Source: Lama glama
Lineage: Eukaryota
Reading direction: 5' to 3'
Length of the DNA stretch: 64,000 nt
Assembly: GCA_028534125.1 (NCBI GenBank)
Contig: CM052832.1
Location: forward strand, 9,488,001 to 9,552,000
Shown: positions 39,403 through 52,779 of the stretch, in pieces
How positions within the stretch are numbered: the first letter of the stretch is position 1
Layout: every line of letters starts with the position of its first letter
The notes under the pieces: model-generated
The model's database searches: none
Seen by the model: the letters and a program-made list of their open reading frames with translations, nothing else
Told to the model about the DNA's origin: nothing
Translations under genes and position numbers: made by a program

Positions 39403-41044
39403 AAAAATTGCAATCCAGGTAAGATTCAGTTTGTTTATGTAAATCAGGATCCAGATTATCCAGGTTTTTTTTAATACATTACGATTAGTTCATGTATCTC
39501 TAGTTTCTTTTGTAAAAGGCAAGTTTATTGAGGTATTTTTATGCAATAAAATCTACTCCTTCTAAGCATATAGTTTGATGAGTTTTGGCAATGCATACAT
39601 TGCATACTCACCACAATAATCAAGATCTAGAACATTGATATCACCCCAAAAAGTTTATTCATACTCTGCAGTCAGTTCTCACCCTTCCCATCCTCAGCCA
39701 CTAATCTGTTTCCTGTTCCTGTAATTTGCATTTTGAAATCACCTATAGCTTTTTGGGTCAGTTTCTTTTCAGTTAGTCTGGTGCTCTCGGATTCATCCAT
39801 AATGGTACATTTGTGAGTACTTCATTCCTTTTTATTGCTAAGCAGTTTTCCCTTGCATTCATATATCACAATTTGTTTATATATTCACTCGTTTTGATGG
39901 ACATATGGGTTGTTTCCAGTTTGGGGCTGTCTTGAACAAAACTGCTGTGAACATTCACATACATATGTGTGCACATATATTTTTATTTCTATTGGTTAAG
40001 TACCTAGGAATGGGATTACTGTATTATATGGTAAGGATATGTTTAAGTCAAGAAGAAACTAAGAACTGTTTTCTGAAGTAGCTACACTTTGCATTCCCAC
40101 CATCAATGAATGAGAGTTCCTGATGCTCCACATCCTCATCAGCATTTAGTGTTGCCACCATTCTAACAGGTGTGTGGTGGTTTCTCAATTTTAAGTCAAC
40201 TGTACTTCAATTAAAAGGCAAACCAATAACCCATTTAAAGTATGGACAGAAGAACAGAACACATTTTTCCCAAAGAGGAAATGCAGATGGCCCACAGGAA
40301 CACGAAAAGCTGCTCAGCATCCCCCTTATGAGGGAAATGCAAATCAAAACCACGATGAGACACCATCTCATACCTGTCAGAATGGCCATCATCAAAAAGA
40401 ACACAAATAACAAATGTTGGCAAAGATGTGGAGAAAAGGGAACCCTTGTAGCCTGTTGGTGGGAATATAAATTGCTGCAGCCACCATGGAAAACAATATG
40501 GAGGTTTCTCAAAAATCCAAAAACAGAAACATCACGTGGCCCAGCAGCTCCACTCCTGGGCATATACCGGAGAAAAACAAAAACATTAATTCAAAAAGAT
40601 ACATACACCCTGCTATTAACAGCAGCACTATTTACAATCACCAAGACATGGAAGCATGCCAAATGCACATCAATAGATGAATGGATAAAGAAGATGTAGC
40701 ACATATGCAACAGAATACAACTCACCCACAAAAAAGAAGGATATTTTGCCATTTGCAGCCCTTCATTCATTTTTGCACTTCAAAAACTATAATTTTATAA
40801 CTGGCATAAACAATTCCATTGCATCATAAACAACAAAATACCTAGAAATAAACCTAACCAAGGAGGTTACCTATACTCTGAAAACTGTGAAACATTGATG
40901 AAGGAAATTGAATATGACACAAAGAATTAGAAAGATACCTTGTGCTCTTGGATCAAAAGAATCAATAGTGTCAAAGTGGCCATACTACCCAAAGCAATCC
41001 ACAGACCCAATCCAACTCCAGTTTTATCAACGGTTTCACTCATG

Positions 41045-41715
41045 TCCACCTAACTGCTCTCTTGAGATCAGGCCCTGAGCAGTTGAAAGCAGGGAATGGA
41101 ACTTTTACGATACAACTGAACAATCATGCAGGAACCACTTTATCAGTTCTTTTATACATGTCATTGTTTCAGTTGTGACTCAAGCAGATGTGAGCCAACT
41201 ATTTTGACCACTCTGCACCAGAAGAATCAAATTCCGATTTTGTTATTCTGCTATTGTTCAATTATTAGCTTTTACCAATTGTATTTTGTATCATTTCATT
41301 CATCTGAAAGTGAGTGAAATTTTCCTCACACATTCTTTTCTTTTGAGGTACCTAGAAAGAACCTTTGGTTAATTTGGTAAATTTAACACTGAGCAGTTAG
41401 TTTTTGACTGTTGCCTTTGTGCTGGCTGGCATACGCATCCCAACTTCACCTTACATAAACATTGTATTCTTGAAAATGGATATACTTTGCAGCAGATCCA
41501 ACACCTCTGTGACGTCTGTAGCCCGAACCCTTACAGTGCTGCCTCAAAGCCTCACTAGAATGGAATTTGAACTCAGGAAATTACTGTATCGTTTCATTCA
41601 TCCTGTAATACACTTATTCAACAAGCATTTCTTTTGTTAACTTTTCACCCAGCACTGTAGTAAATACCAAAAACTGAACAGAATAATGGCTTTTGAAAAT
41701 TGTGCAAGGCACAAA
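41045..41715 (+). other. Probable displaced remnant of the ancestral MRPS10 3'UTR
   Basis: Unique sequence resumes after the TE block. Motifs (cctaactgctc, gcagggaatggaacttt, gttcaattattag, aataatggcttttgaaaattg) resemble my recollection of the human MRPS10 3'UTR; needs alignment. Confidence 0.55.
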
Positions 41716-42298
41716 TATTTCTCCTAATTAAGTTCCCTATTGATAAATCCTCTTTCTTTTGGTGAATAGCACTCTTTTTGTTTGGAGATGTCTACTTTTC
41801 CATAAAATTAAATAGCAGTTAAAGCTCTGAAAGAGGCAAGATTACAATGGGCTGAAACTGTTGGTGTATCAACCCCAAGGGAGTGATGCCTTTTCTTTCT
41901 ACAGCAGAATTGGGTCCATGTCTTTTGTGGTTTCCTACACATCTATGGGGTAGTTATGACTTCACAGTTTCCCCCTCTTAAAGTGGAGTCCCTGTTCTCT
42001 TTTCCCGACCTGCTGTCAGGTAGCAGTGCTGTGAATGCACACCGCTTGTGTATCAGACTTGTATTACCATCATTAATATGAAAAGAATTACAGCCTTCTG
42101 CCCTGTGACCTCGTTCTGTTTGCAATTCAGTTGTTGACTGTGTCATTCACAAGTGCCTAAAGCATGCTTATCCCAGGTATAAGCCTCAGGAGTAAGAGCC
42201 AGCAATAAAACGAGCAATATGATGGTAACTACACCTAGCAGAGGAGCAACTGTGACTCATTTTCACTTTGAAAGAAATTATTCTTTAAAAATAAATAT

Positions 42299-42420
42299 GG
42301 GGGGGTGGGTTATAGCTCAGTGGTAAAGCGTTTGCTTAGCACGCATAAAGTCCTGGGTTCAATCCCAGGACCTCCATTAAAACTTCAAAAAATGTTGTAC
42401 ATAAATTAAAAAAAAAAAGA
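42299..42420 (+). mobile_element. Vic-1-like SINE
   Basis: tatagctcagtggtaaagcg...gggttcaatccc followed by an A tail. Confidence 0.82.
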
Positions 42421-42448
42421 TGTGGATCTATATTTAACAGACAATATT

Positions 42449-42497
42449 TTTTTAACATTTTTATTGATTCATAATCATTTTACAGTGTTGTGTCAAA
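42449..42497 (-). mobile_element. 49-bp extremely truncated L1 3' end
   Basis: Perfect 14-bp TSD taacagacaatatt (42435-42448, 42498-42511); insert matches the terminus of the 18198 element. Confidence 0.8.
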
Positions 42498-45400
42498 TAA
42501 CAGACAATATTAATCACTACTAGAATGACTTGTGCATACCTGCCTTCGACGGCTCTCTATGACGGCTCCTTTAAACGTGTATGTCCACTTCCAGCTGTTT
42601 ACAAACTGAAGTAGCCTATAAGCCAGATTACTAGGTCAGCACTCAAATTATATATTAAAATCTTGTTTTAAGACATACACAATTAAACTACACATACCAC
42701 AAAAATTAGTGGATTTCCTTGACAGAAGTATTTGGCATATGTGAAACCTACTCTTTGATATAAACAAGGTAATTTCTTTATTTGATAGACTGAGCAACTT
42801 TTTTTAAATTGAGTCTCCTGAGTAAAATGCATATTCTGAAAATCAGAATTAATGCCCCTGTCTTGCTTTTTGTTCACAGTGGGAATGAGAAACAGTGAAA
42901 GAAAAGTGGACCTGATGTTAGGATGAACCAGAAGGCAGGTAGGAAGGGAGATGGGTTTTTTTTTTTACTGTGGTGTAGCTCTGAGTTCATTGTTACTTCC
43001 TCTGATCTGAAGTATCCTTTCTTTTCATATTACATAAAATAATGTTAAAATCGGTTTTAAATTATTGGTTGACCTTTACGGGTTAATATTGTTCGGTGAC
43101 TTGTTTCAGTGCTTTCAAAGAGAAGTTACTTATATGTCCTATGGCCACTTAGGGATGCCACAGTAAACACATAAAGCAATTATTTTAAACCATTAGTCTA
43201 TTTGGCAGCTACCATTCCTCCTTTCTTACATTATTAAATTAGTTTTTACTATAACATTCATGAGTAGCTGAGTAGAGAAAATACGAACTTTGGAGTTAAA
43301 CAGGCCTGAGTCAGATAAGAACTCAAATCCACTCACAGCTGTGCACTTAGGCAAACTATTTAACCCTGTCCGAGCCTCAGGTTACCCATCAGCACAGTGC
43401 AGGAAATGACACCTATGAGGGGTGGAGGATTAGAAAACCTATAGAACACCTCACCCAGCACCAGGCAGATAGTAGACATTTAACAAAAACCAGCTCTTTC
43501 CAGAAGGCAATACAAATGTGATGATACTCCAAGGGGTCTGTGTTCTGCAGTGTTTAACAACCAGCTGGAAAGGACCTCGGTATCTCCAAGGTGAGGCTAA
43601 TACTTACCTTAGAGTAGCTGTGAAGTTTAATTTAGATGAGAAAACACATAGCATGCTTATTATAATAACCAGTACATTATCCCGGGCATTTTACACAGTC
43701 ATTTACAGACGCTATCTTTTTGCATCTTTATAACAACTCAATAAAGTAATTACTGTCATTATCTGCCGTTTACAGGGGAGAAAGCCAAGTATGACTTGTC
43801 CACTCAATTACCCTTTCAGTTGACAATGAAACTGAGACCAAAAATGTGAAACAGTCTGAGTTCAGGTTGTGATGAAGGCCTTAGCCTCAGAACCTCACTT
43901 TTAAAGGCTAGGATGTACTCAGATGCCCACATGTTAAAGGCAGACCTTTCAAACCTGAAATCTAGGTTTACTTCCCCTTGCACGTAAGCAGTGTACTACT
44001 CATTTCCCTTAAAGCTTAGAGGTAAAGAGATTGACCAGGGGAGGAAATAATCTAAGGAATAAAAGATATAAATGTGTATGAATAAAGGCAAGAAGCATAA
44101 CCCCGTGGTCTCAAGGCTGACATGGGTCCTGACTGTCTCAGGCAGTAACAGCAGAGCTGCGGCTCCAGCAAGGAGGGACCTGTTGGGTCACAGGAGAGCT
44201 GACATGGAGGCAACCGGTTAGCAGCAGGGCTCCGGGTCAGGCCGATGCAGGGCCCCACGGACAGCAGTGTGCTGCTCTCAAGCGTTTCTTTATTCCTGGA
44301 GCCAGGCTTATGGCTGAACACCTGAGATCCCAGGTGAAAATCCCTGCTCAAGTCCTAACCCTGCCTTTCTGTGAAAAAAGGCAAGTTCCTGTGCCCAGCA
44401 CACAGTCAGGGTGTGGCTGGAACCTCGGAGTTTGGAGGAGAGAAAGGTTGATTGCTGGGCCCACAAGGAGCACAAGTGGCTCGTGCCCCAAAATCCACGA
44501 GAACTCCCCGAAGGGTTTCAGCTGGGCATTTTTAAGGCCAGGGAAGGGAGGCGCGGCCCAGGGAACGCGGTCAGCTGTGCACAATTCTCTGACTGGTTGG
44601 TGGTGATCAACCCTTGGGCACCAGGAGGTCTGGGGGCTACGTGCTCATCATCAGCAAGTGATTAATTCCTTCCATTTGGTGGTGGGTTTTTTAGCATCTG
44701 AAGAACTGGAAATATGCACAAGATATTATCTGGGTACTTCAGAGAGGAGCTACAGCAGGGGGTACGGGGAGGGGTCTGTCCCGGGAAGACCCCACAGGGT
44801 CCTGCTGGGTTACAATTCCCCCCTTTTCTTTGATACTCCTCAATCTTGAGGAGAACTGATTGGACAAGAAGGGGAACAGTATTTGGAAAGCGATGTCAGC
44901 CATGAACTCAGCAGAGGAACTCGGTTTCACCCTCTAATCCTGTTCCATCCCTCCCCCATTCTCTCGGGGAACCGGGCGATGACCGCTTGGGCTGCTTCCT
45001 GCTGAAACGTGGCGTGTGGGCCACCTCGACTGGGGAAAGGATACTGAGTTGGAAATATTCCCGAGTTCCAAGTCCTGGATCCGAGTCTTCTGTCGTTAGA
45101 GCTCACTCCGTGGGGAATTCAGGAGACTAAGCTGAACACCAGTCTGGACCTGGCACTGTGGGGGAGACTTGCAGCCAGCTGTCTACTTTTATCTGAGTAG
45201 GTTTAACTTTCAATGTGGTGGTAACATTTGTATAACAAGAGCCATTGGCCACTACACATCTCCTTTTTTCTGCTAACACCTGATCTAAAGTAATTTTATT
45301 GTGTAAAAATTTAAGCTACAAGAGGAGACCTTGAGGTCAGAAGGTTGCAGCTGCCATCTGCCAGCAACACCGCTTTGAGAACGGCTAGTGGCGTCCTGAG

Positions 45401-47433
45401 GCTGACACAGCTCAGAAAATCCGAGTTCTCAACAACCCAGGAACACGTCTGAAATCACATCCGCAATGGCCACCTCGTTTTACCTTGGAGGTCTGAACCA
45501 CAGCTACTCCACTCAGACTTTCAAGTGCATCCCCCTCCTCAAGGCCAAACAAGATGTACAATGCAAGTCCCAAAGGCCACGCAGCAGGCTGCTTTGGTCA
45601 GTAAAGTTTGAGTCAAACCATGCACAGGCCAGAATGACTTCCCACACCTCAATATGTACAGATTTTTCCATCATTTCCCCTTTTGATTACAAATCTTTCA
45701 ATAGAAAACACTGATGATCAAAATATCTGTCCCTTGATGCGCGGGTTGTAGCTCCTGCCCCAGGCTGAGATCATGTCTGAGGCCTCCTTTCTGTCTGCCT
45801 AGTTATCCATGTTGGGGGACAACTAACTGGATACCCTGAACAGGCTCAGGGGTATGTTAATGGGGAAACACCTTTCAGGCCATACTTTTTATCACTTATA
45901 CCCAGTTCTCGCACAAGCATTGTGCATGTGCTTTTTGCAACAGACTTCAAGCAGTGTTACACACCATGAGTAGTTATGCTCCGTGACAGCTCCATGAGAG
46001 AATTCTCTTTCTATCCTAAACATTGGGGGCAATATTGATAGGGAGACAAATATTTGGTAAATGTTTCAATTAGAAAACAGTTTAAAAGCTATTAATACTT
46101 TAGAAAACCCCAAAAAACTGTACCATATTCGTCAGTTCACTCAATCCCATGCAATCACTCCATTTTACTAACAGTTTTCTGAAATCAGTTTATTAGACTT
46201 CTTGAATATCTTACCCAGCTCAGCATTATGATCTAAAGAAAACTGTACTTGTTAAAAAATCATTTTCATGAGTCCTCTCAAAGGTGAAGCAGTTCTGCAA
46301 AGCATCAGCTTAACTGTCTACAATAACAAAGACCCAAAAAGGCAAGGTCTCATTACAATGTTTTTGACAAGAAGCTTAATCCAGCTGCTGTGACATACAG
46401 CATTAAGTTAACGACGAGAATTATGACTGATCCCATTTTACCAAGACACATCTAAATTCCAGAAACCTTTTATCATTTCTAGAATGTCCATGTTAACATC
46501 TACTGTATAATCCGAGAAGGCTTATTTCACAATGCTTCCCATGTGATTCAACATACAGGCCAATCCTAGTTAAATATTTTTCTCTGAGATGTCTCAGAGG
46601 CCCTCTGAAGCATCCCAAAGTTAGCTGAAGTTAGAAGAACTTTAATTAGAATTTGACAGGAAGTTTGTCAAAATTATTAAAAAGTTTCACGCAATCTGTT
46701 ATCAGAAGCATTCTAAGTAAATCTGTTCTCTAAGAGAAGAACCAGATCTAGTCCTGCACCAGCCTACTTTTAGTAACAAAATCCATTTACCTAATTCAGT
46801 TTAATCTTATTTCGGCCCAACCATGCACAAAACTCCTTTCTTAGGGCTCCCCTTCTACAAACTTTTCACAACATTCTGTATCCATATTAGTTTGTCTTAT
46901 TTTTTCCCATCTAGAAACAACCAGCTCTAGGACCACATCACTTATTTCTTAACAAAATGCAATTCTATTTCTCATACTTTTTTTCTCCTAAAAACATATA
47001 TCCTACTCTCCTACTATATAGCAAAATGTTTCCCCCATTATTTTTAGTAGCTTTAATTACATATTTAAATTAGAATCCTCAATTCTTAAAAATTTTTATT
47101 TCTAGCGAATGTTTCAGTATCTTTGTTTGGAATGACCTAGCTATTCAACTATTCAATAAATTTCCATTATTTAATTTAATTTAGCATAACTCTAAAATTT
47201 CATGTTGCCAACTATCTGGAGAGAATTTTTAGTAGACATTCTTAAAACAAGTATTTCTAAAGAGTTCACCCAAAAGCTTTTCTCATTTGCATTTAATTCA
47301 CATATAAGAAATTTCATCAAACCCAGTTAATTTTTTTCTTTCTGCTGACAAACTGCAATGGAAGCAGTATGAACCTATTGACTTTCAATAAACCTAGGTA
47401 CAATAAAAGACATGTCTGTATTGATTATATCAA

Positions 47434-47924
47434 TGTGAATGAAAAATACTGCAAGCCATTATCAGTAAACAAAGGATGCTGAAGCCATCAAGTCAGTAGC
47501 CGCTGCTGCCACCCCCACAGTGAGCTTAGGTGCAGACTAGCAGGCACCTCCACAGCCACCCACGCTGGTGCCCTCTGAGGGACTCAGAATAAGGACAGGA
47601 CACTGGCCCTAGACAGTTGGGTGCTTGTCAAAGCAGTGATTTCAATGAGCCCAGACATTTGCACCTTCCCAAACATAGAAAAGTGCTAAATTCTTTAACT
47701 TGAGATGTCTGGTTTTCTTTAGCAGTAATCTTTAATGTTCCAACTACCTGGTCTTTGTTGTAAAACTCGTATATATCCTGGCTCCTCCCCTACCTCTTCG
47801 GAGCAGTCCCTCAGAGCCATCTGAGAGGCTGTCATCCTGGGCTTGAAGGGGTTCGAGTCCTCAGAAATGTCCCCTGAATAAAACATAACTCAACTTTTAG
47901 GCTGTGCATTTATTTCAGTCGATG
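47434..47924 (+). mobile_element. Solo LTR nested in provirus B in the opposite orientation
   Basis: Starts with TG; TATATA at ~47770; AATAAA at 47877; near-TSD tcaa/ccaa; interrupts sequence that is contiguous in provirus A (~35350). Confidence 0.75.
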
Positions 47925-48386
47925 CCAACAAGCTTAAACTACCTTTAACAACAAATAATCAATTCAGTATTAAATATTTCCTAGATCACAGGAACCTGAA
48001 ATTTGCTGTACCTTCTTTTATATTTAGAAGTATTTAATTTGTAAGCACTTACTTTTAAGTCAATTAAGTAGCGCTTACAAGTTATAAAGACAGAATCAGG
48101 GATCTCAGTTTTTTTACTTGAGTTAAAAAAAAAAACCCTTTTCCCCTCTTGAGCACCCAGGTAGATCATGTGCATCTCAAAGGCACAGGAAGAGGAATGC
48201 AAATTCCTCCTCTAACAGCTTTTACAGAAAACCCAACCATCTAGGCTATTTTCAGGAATTTTTTTTCCAGTTCCTAAATATCCACTTCAATTTAAAGAAA
48301 TAATAGTAATAGACAAGTATCATTCACTCATATGCTTCACTTTCAGCAAAAGCAGGAAGAGAGAATAGGATCTGGACTCAAGTACT

Positions 48387-48387
<1 letters not shown>

Positions 48388-48472
<85 letters not shown>

Positions 48473-48480
48473 CTCTCTCT
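48388..48480. repeat. Compound (CA)n(CT)n microsatellite
   Basis: Directly visible dinucleotide runs inside provirus B. Confidence 0.97.
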
Positions 48481-51074
48481 AAGTTAAAAGCCAAACTGCA
48501 GAAGGCCCACTTTGATATCACAGCAGAGCCATGAGGGGCCATTGTTCTCCAGATCTCAGGGAGTACTGAGCCCACAGTGTTACAATAAAAAATATTTTCA
48601 TTCATCTATCAATTTGCAAAATACACCCTAGAGGGACTCTAAGATGGAACAGCGCTCTGATCATCCATACTTAATTATTCACGGCCAATGTGGTCAAATA
48701 TCAACCAAATAACAATTCAGAACGGTCTCAGAGTCACAGTCCCCTAGCCCCAAAAAGGGGGATTCCCAACCAAGGCCCCGTCAGTCCAAAAGGGAAGAAC
48801 CCCGACCTACGCCCCATCAGAGATGAAGCTGAACGAAGGACCAAGGCTAGAAAGGGAAAATCCCAACCAATGCTCCGCCAGCAAACAGGGAAGGACAACC
48901 TGGTGTCGTCACACGCCAGCCCTGCTACTCACCAGCGGTGTCTTAACCAACCAGTGCAGGCACTGACACACATACAGACAACACACATGGTCCCACAAAC
49001 AAAACATCAAGTGAGGCATAGCCTCAAAAGTTCCACTTCCACTCCCAGAGGGAGGCTTCCAGAGTGGCTTGCCTCCCAAAAGCGAATGGGCCCAGAGTGG
49101 CTCCCAGCAAGTCCAGAACCGCTCACTTCCAGGAAGGGAAGGAGCCCAGGTGGAGCAGGTAGAATTTTCCCAACCTGCTCAAGCCAGCGTGGCTCACCCC
49201 AAAAAGATACACACAAAAATACAAACAACAAATAAGCTACAGTCACACAGAAAATCAGAGGAGGTGAAATCTAAGAATTCCACTTCCACTCCCAGAGGGA
49301 GGCCTCCAAACAGATGGGCCCAGCTCTCAAGAGAAAAGACCCAGAGTGGCTCGTTTCCCACAAGGGAATGAGCCCAGATGGAGTGGAGAAAATTCCCAGC
49401 CTGCGTGAGCAAGCTGGAGGGACTCACCTGCAAGCGACATCGAGTGTGGACGCAGCTCCGGACCTTTCTCGGCTCTGAACAACTTCATGCCCAGGCGGCC
49501 GGCGCCTGTCAGGGGGACTTCCTCCCAGGTCCCCGGAGCGAAGTGGGGACCCAGGGAAGGGGCTGCCATGGGCACAGACTCCTAGGCTGGCTCCTCCAAA
49601 TCATTAACCAAGGCAAGTTCCTGTGCCTGATGCACAGTGAGGCCAAAAAATACCGAAACGCTGGAGTTGGGAGCAGAGAAAGGTTTATCGCTGGTCCGAA
49701 CAAGAAGACACGACTCCTGCCCAAAAAACCCAAAATTCCCCTGGAGGATTGCAGCTGAGCATTTTTAAAGGAGGGGAGGGGCGTCCCAGGGTGTGCGATC
49801 AGCTGTGCACGATTTTCATATTGGTTAATGGTGATCAATCCTTGGGCACCAGAAGGTCTGGGAACTACGTGCTCATGATCATCAAGGAGTTAATTTATTC
49901 CATTTGGTGGTGGTTTTAGCATCTGAAGATCTCAGGAAATACGCATGAGATACTGTTATCTAGATGCTCCAGAGAGGAGCTGCAGCAGAGCACAGGGGGA
50001 GGGGTGTCCCCTAGGAAGGCCCTGCAGGGTCAGTTACACTCCTTAAATCCTTACTGTGTTACTCAGGTCAAGCTATCATTCTCTCCGGAATCCTAATCCT
50101 CTTTAAAAGGATATATTTACACCTCAACAGCTCAGCGGTATTTAAGGGCAGGTCATGGGCAACTGACCCACATGAAAAGCCAATTGAATTTTCAATTCCT
50201 CGGCCAGAGGCTAAATCAAGTTCAATTTCACTCATACACTCTCTTGAGCACAGGTGCTGTCCTTTAACCACTCCTCACTGTTGCTTCAATAGCAATAAAC
50301 TCAAGAGCCGGACGGGGAAGACACCACCTTCACACGGAGCCACAGCGGCTGCTGGCGGGTGTTGTCTTCAGATGTGATGAGACAGGTACAAGGTTGAAAA
50401 GCACGGAGGCCTCTTCCAGTTCTAAAGTCCCAGGATCTTTTCACATCAGCAAAGCCCTGCTAACCCAGGCACTCTCAAAGGAGTCAAGAGCAGTTGTCCT
50501 GTGAAGTTAAGAAGTACTAGCTCACATGAGTTCAGCACTGACTATGCCAAGCACTTTGCTCAGTCACCTAACAAGGCTTCGAGCTCCTTGTCTGGGCCAA
50601 GCACTGTTCTAGGCTTTGGAAATTCTGCAGTGTGTATGGCAAAGTCCCTCTCCTCAAGGACCTTAGACTAGTGGGAAAGACATAATGGGGGGAAAGGTAA
50701 TAAGATCAGAAGCAGTAAAGCACTATGAAGCAAGTAAAGTAAGTAATGTCAGAGTCACTTGAGTAGCTACCTGAGGCGAGGCTGGGAAAGTTCTCTCTGG
50801 GGAGGGGAGGATGTCCAGAAGGAGGGGGCCATGTGAGGGTCTGGGGAAGAGCAGTCCCAGCAGCAGGACCGATCAATGCGTGAAGGTCCTTGAAATCTAG
50901 AATGTTTGAAGAAAGGACTCACCCGGAGAGTGGTGCTGAATCTGCTGGCAGGTTGAGTAAGAAAAGTAGGTCATTGGTCCCCACTGTAGAGTCTTCTCCA
51001 CAGAGTGATGAGGATGAGCTTCCAGCTGGAGTAAGTTGAGGAGAGAATAAGAAAGGAAGATGATGCAAAACATG

Positions 51075-51510
51075 CTCAGTTGTCTATCGCTGCCTTAAGA
51101 GACACCCAGCACTTAGTGGCTTCATGACATCCACTTTGAATGCAGAGCTGCAGTTTGGTCCAGGCTCTGTGGGGACACTGTCTGCTCCATTTAGTATCAG
51201 CTGGGTTGTCTGGAAGGCTGGGGCTGGGGTCGTCTGCAGGGTCACTCACTCCCACACCCACATGGCTGGTGGTTGAAGCTGGCTGTCAGACGGGATCCCT
51301 GCGTGTGCTCTGGGCTTCCCCGCAACATGGTGGCCGTGTTCCAAGGACGGGTCCTGAAAGAGAGCCGGGTGCAAACCCCATCACCTTTGATGACCACACC
51401 TTGGAAGTCACATGGTGACACTTCTGCCCATTCTCTTCACTGGGTACCACAAAGTCCAATCCAAGTTGAAGAGATGGAGAAACAGACTCTTCCCCTTGAT
51501 GAGATGAACA
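51075..51510. mobile_element. MaLR (MLT1-like) LTR remnant
   Basis: cttagtggctt, catggctggtggttgaagctggctgtc and ccttggaagtcaca are MLT1-type motifs. Confidence 0.55.
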
Positions 51511-52779
51511 TGTGAGACCAGGTCTATTGCTGTGCCATTTTCAGAAAGTAACATCTTCCACGAGTGGTTTCGTTGTAAAGGGAGCCACAGTTAGTACAGT
51601 AGCTCGAGGACAGGAGTTCTCGGCGGGGCCAAGGGACCCAGTAGGCTCAGGGCCTGGGCCCACAGTATCTTCAATTTCTTTTAAATGTTTTTAATTTCTT
51701 TTAAAATCAGAAGAAAGAATTAATATAAGATAGTCTAGACTGGACTGGGTTATTTATATTCATCTTTATACCAATGAGTGATAAAATAGCATTATTAATA
51801 TTTACTTTTGTAATATTTAATTATCCATATTTATCTTATGACCTGTGAAGGCAAAAGTGGGCAGGCCCAGGAAAGTCATGACGGGACCCCGAATGTGGGT
51901 TTTGTTTTATTTTGTTTTCATAAAGGTGATAGGTAAGTCTGTCTGCAGACAGGGCTGATCCATTAGTGATGGATAAATGGAGGCTGCAGAAGAGAAAGGG
52001 GCTCCTGTGGACGTGCAGGGCTTGAGCAGGTAAAGGGAAGTGACATCCAGACAACAGGCGGAGGAGCTGTCAGGTGGGGCGCGGGGAGAGGGACGCTGCC
52101 TCCATCAAATCAGGAAGAGAGGCAAAGGGTGTGAGCCCGGTGCAGGGAGGTGTGTCTGCGGTGGAGGATGAGGAGGTTGTCTGATGCACCCACTTCTCTG
52201 TGAAATGAAGTATGTGACAAAGTCATCAGCTGAACATGGGCGCAAGGGGAAGTTCTGAGGGCAGAAAGCGCCATGAAATAGTCACCTCCAAGAAGGCAAG
52301 GTAAAGTCAGCCAAGGAGAGCCTGCAGAACGACTGTCTGGTACTACCTGCAGCATATTTTCTGAATTTCTCCAGCTGTGTTCAGCCTCGTGGGTGCCGAC
52401 GGGGTGTCAGTGCATCGTTGGCGGATGGCCACAGCCAACTTCAGGTTTGGGCAAGTGAATAGTCAGAGGGAGAGTGGGGAGAAAAGACCAGGTCTTGGCA
52501 AGGAAATGACAAGAGTTCTGGGCCGTGGCGAAGCATAACGAGGAAAGTGAGGCTATGACAGATATTTAAAAACGTAGAGATCAACAGGTTGGAAGTCTCA
52601 GTAAGGCTGGTGAGTTGGAGCAGTGAAGCTGTTCGAATGAGTAGACGGAGAGGTGATGTTGGTCTCTGAATGTTTCAGATGCTCTGTAGAAAAATTCATG
52701 GTAGCAAGGCCAACAGTAGTGATTCTCAAACTTCAGATGCCTTGGAAGACCCGGAGGGCTTGTTAAAACACAGGCTGTG

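Larger units (their letters stand above)
36900..41040. mobile_element. Nested pile of L1 fragments of several ages in both orientations
   Basis: + strand ORF2/3' remnants at ~37200-38940 and ~40210-41015 (ORF 40172-40699: [13 protein letters not shown]...IDEWIKKM); - strand old L1 3' ends at ~36900-37190 and ~38940-40195. Confidence 0.75.
44370..50038 (-). mobile_element. Non-autonomous ERV1-class provirus B (two LTRs, tRNA-Arg-type PBS)
   Basis: Related LTRs at 44370-44814 and ~49602-50038; minus-strand PPT at ~44816-44831; PBS 49577-49598 gactcctaggctggctcctcca resembles the tRNA-Arg(ACG) 3' end GACTCCTGGCTGGCTCGCCA; no intact gag or pol; no clean TSD. Confidence 0.82.

Noticed and set aside
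40172..40699. 175-aa ORF
   Set aside because: Residual L1 ORF2 C-terminus with no evidence of domestication.
48690..49758. ORFs of 100-181 aa in the provirus B leader
   Set aside because: Antisense to the provirus, built from leader repeats, with no gag motifs.
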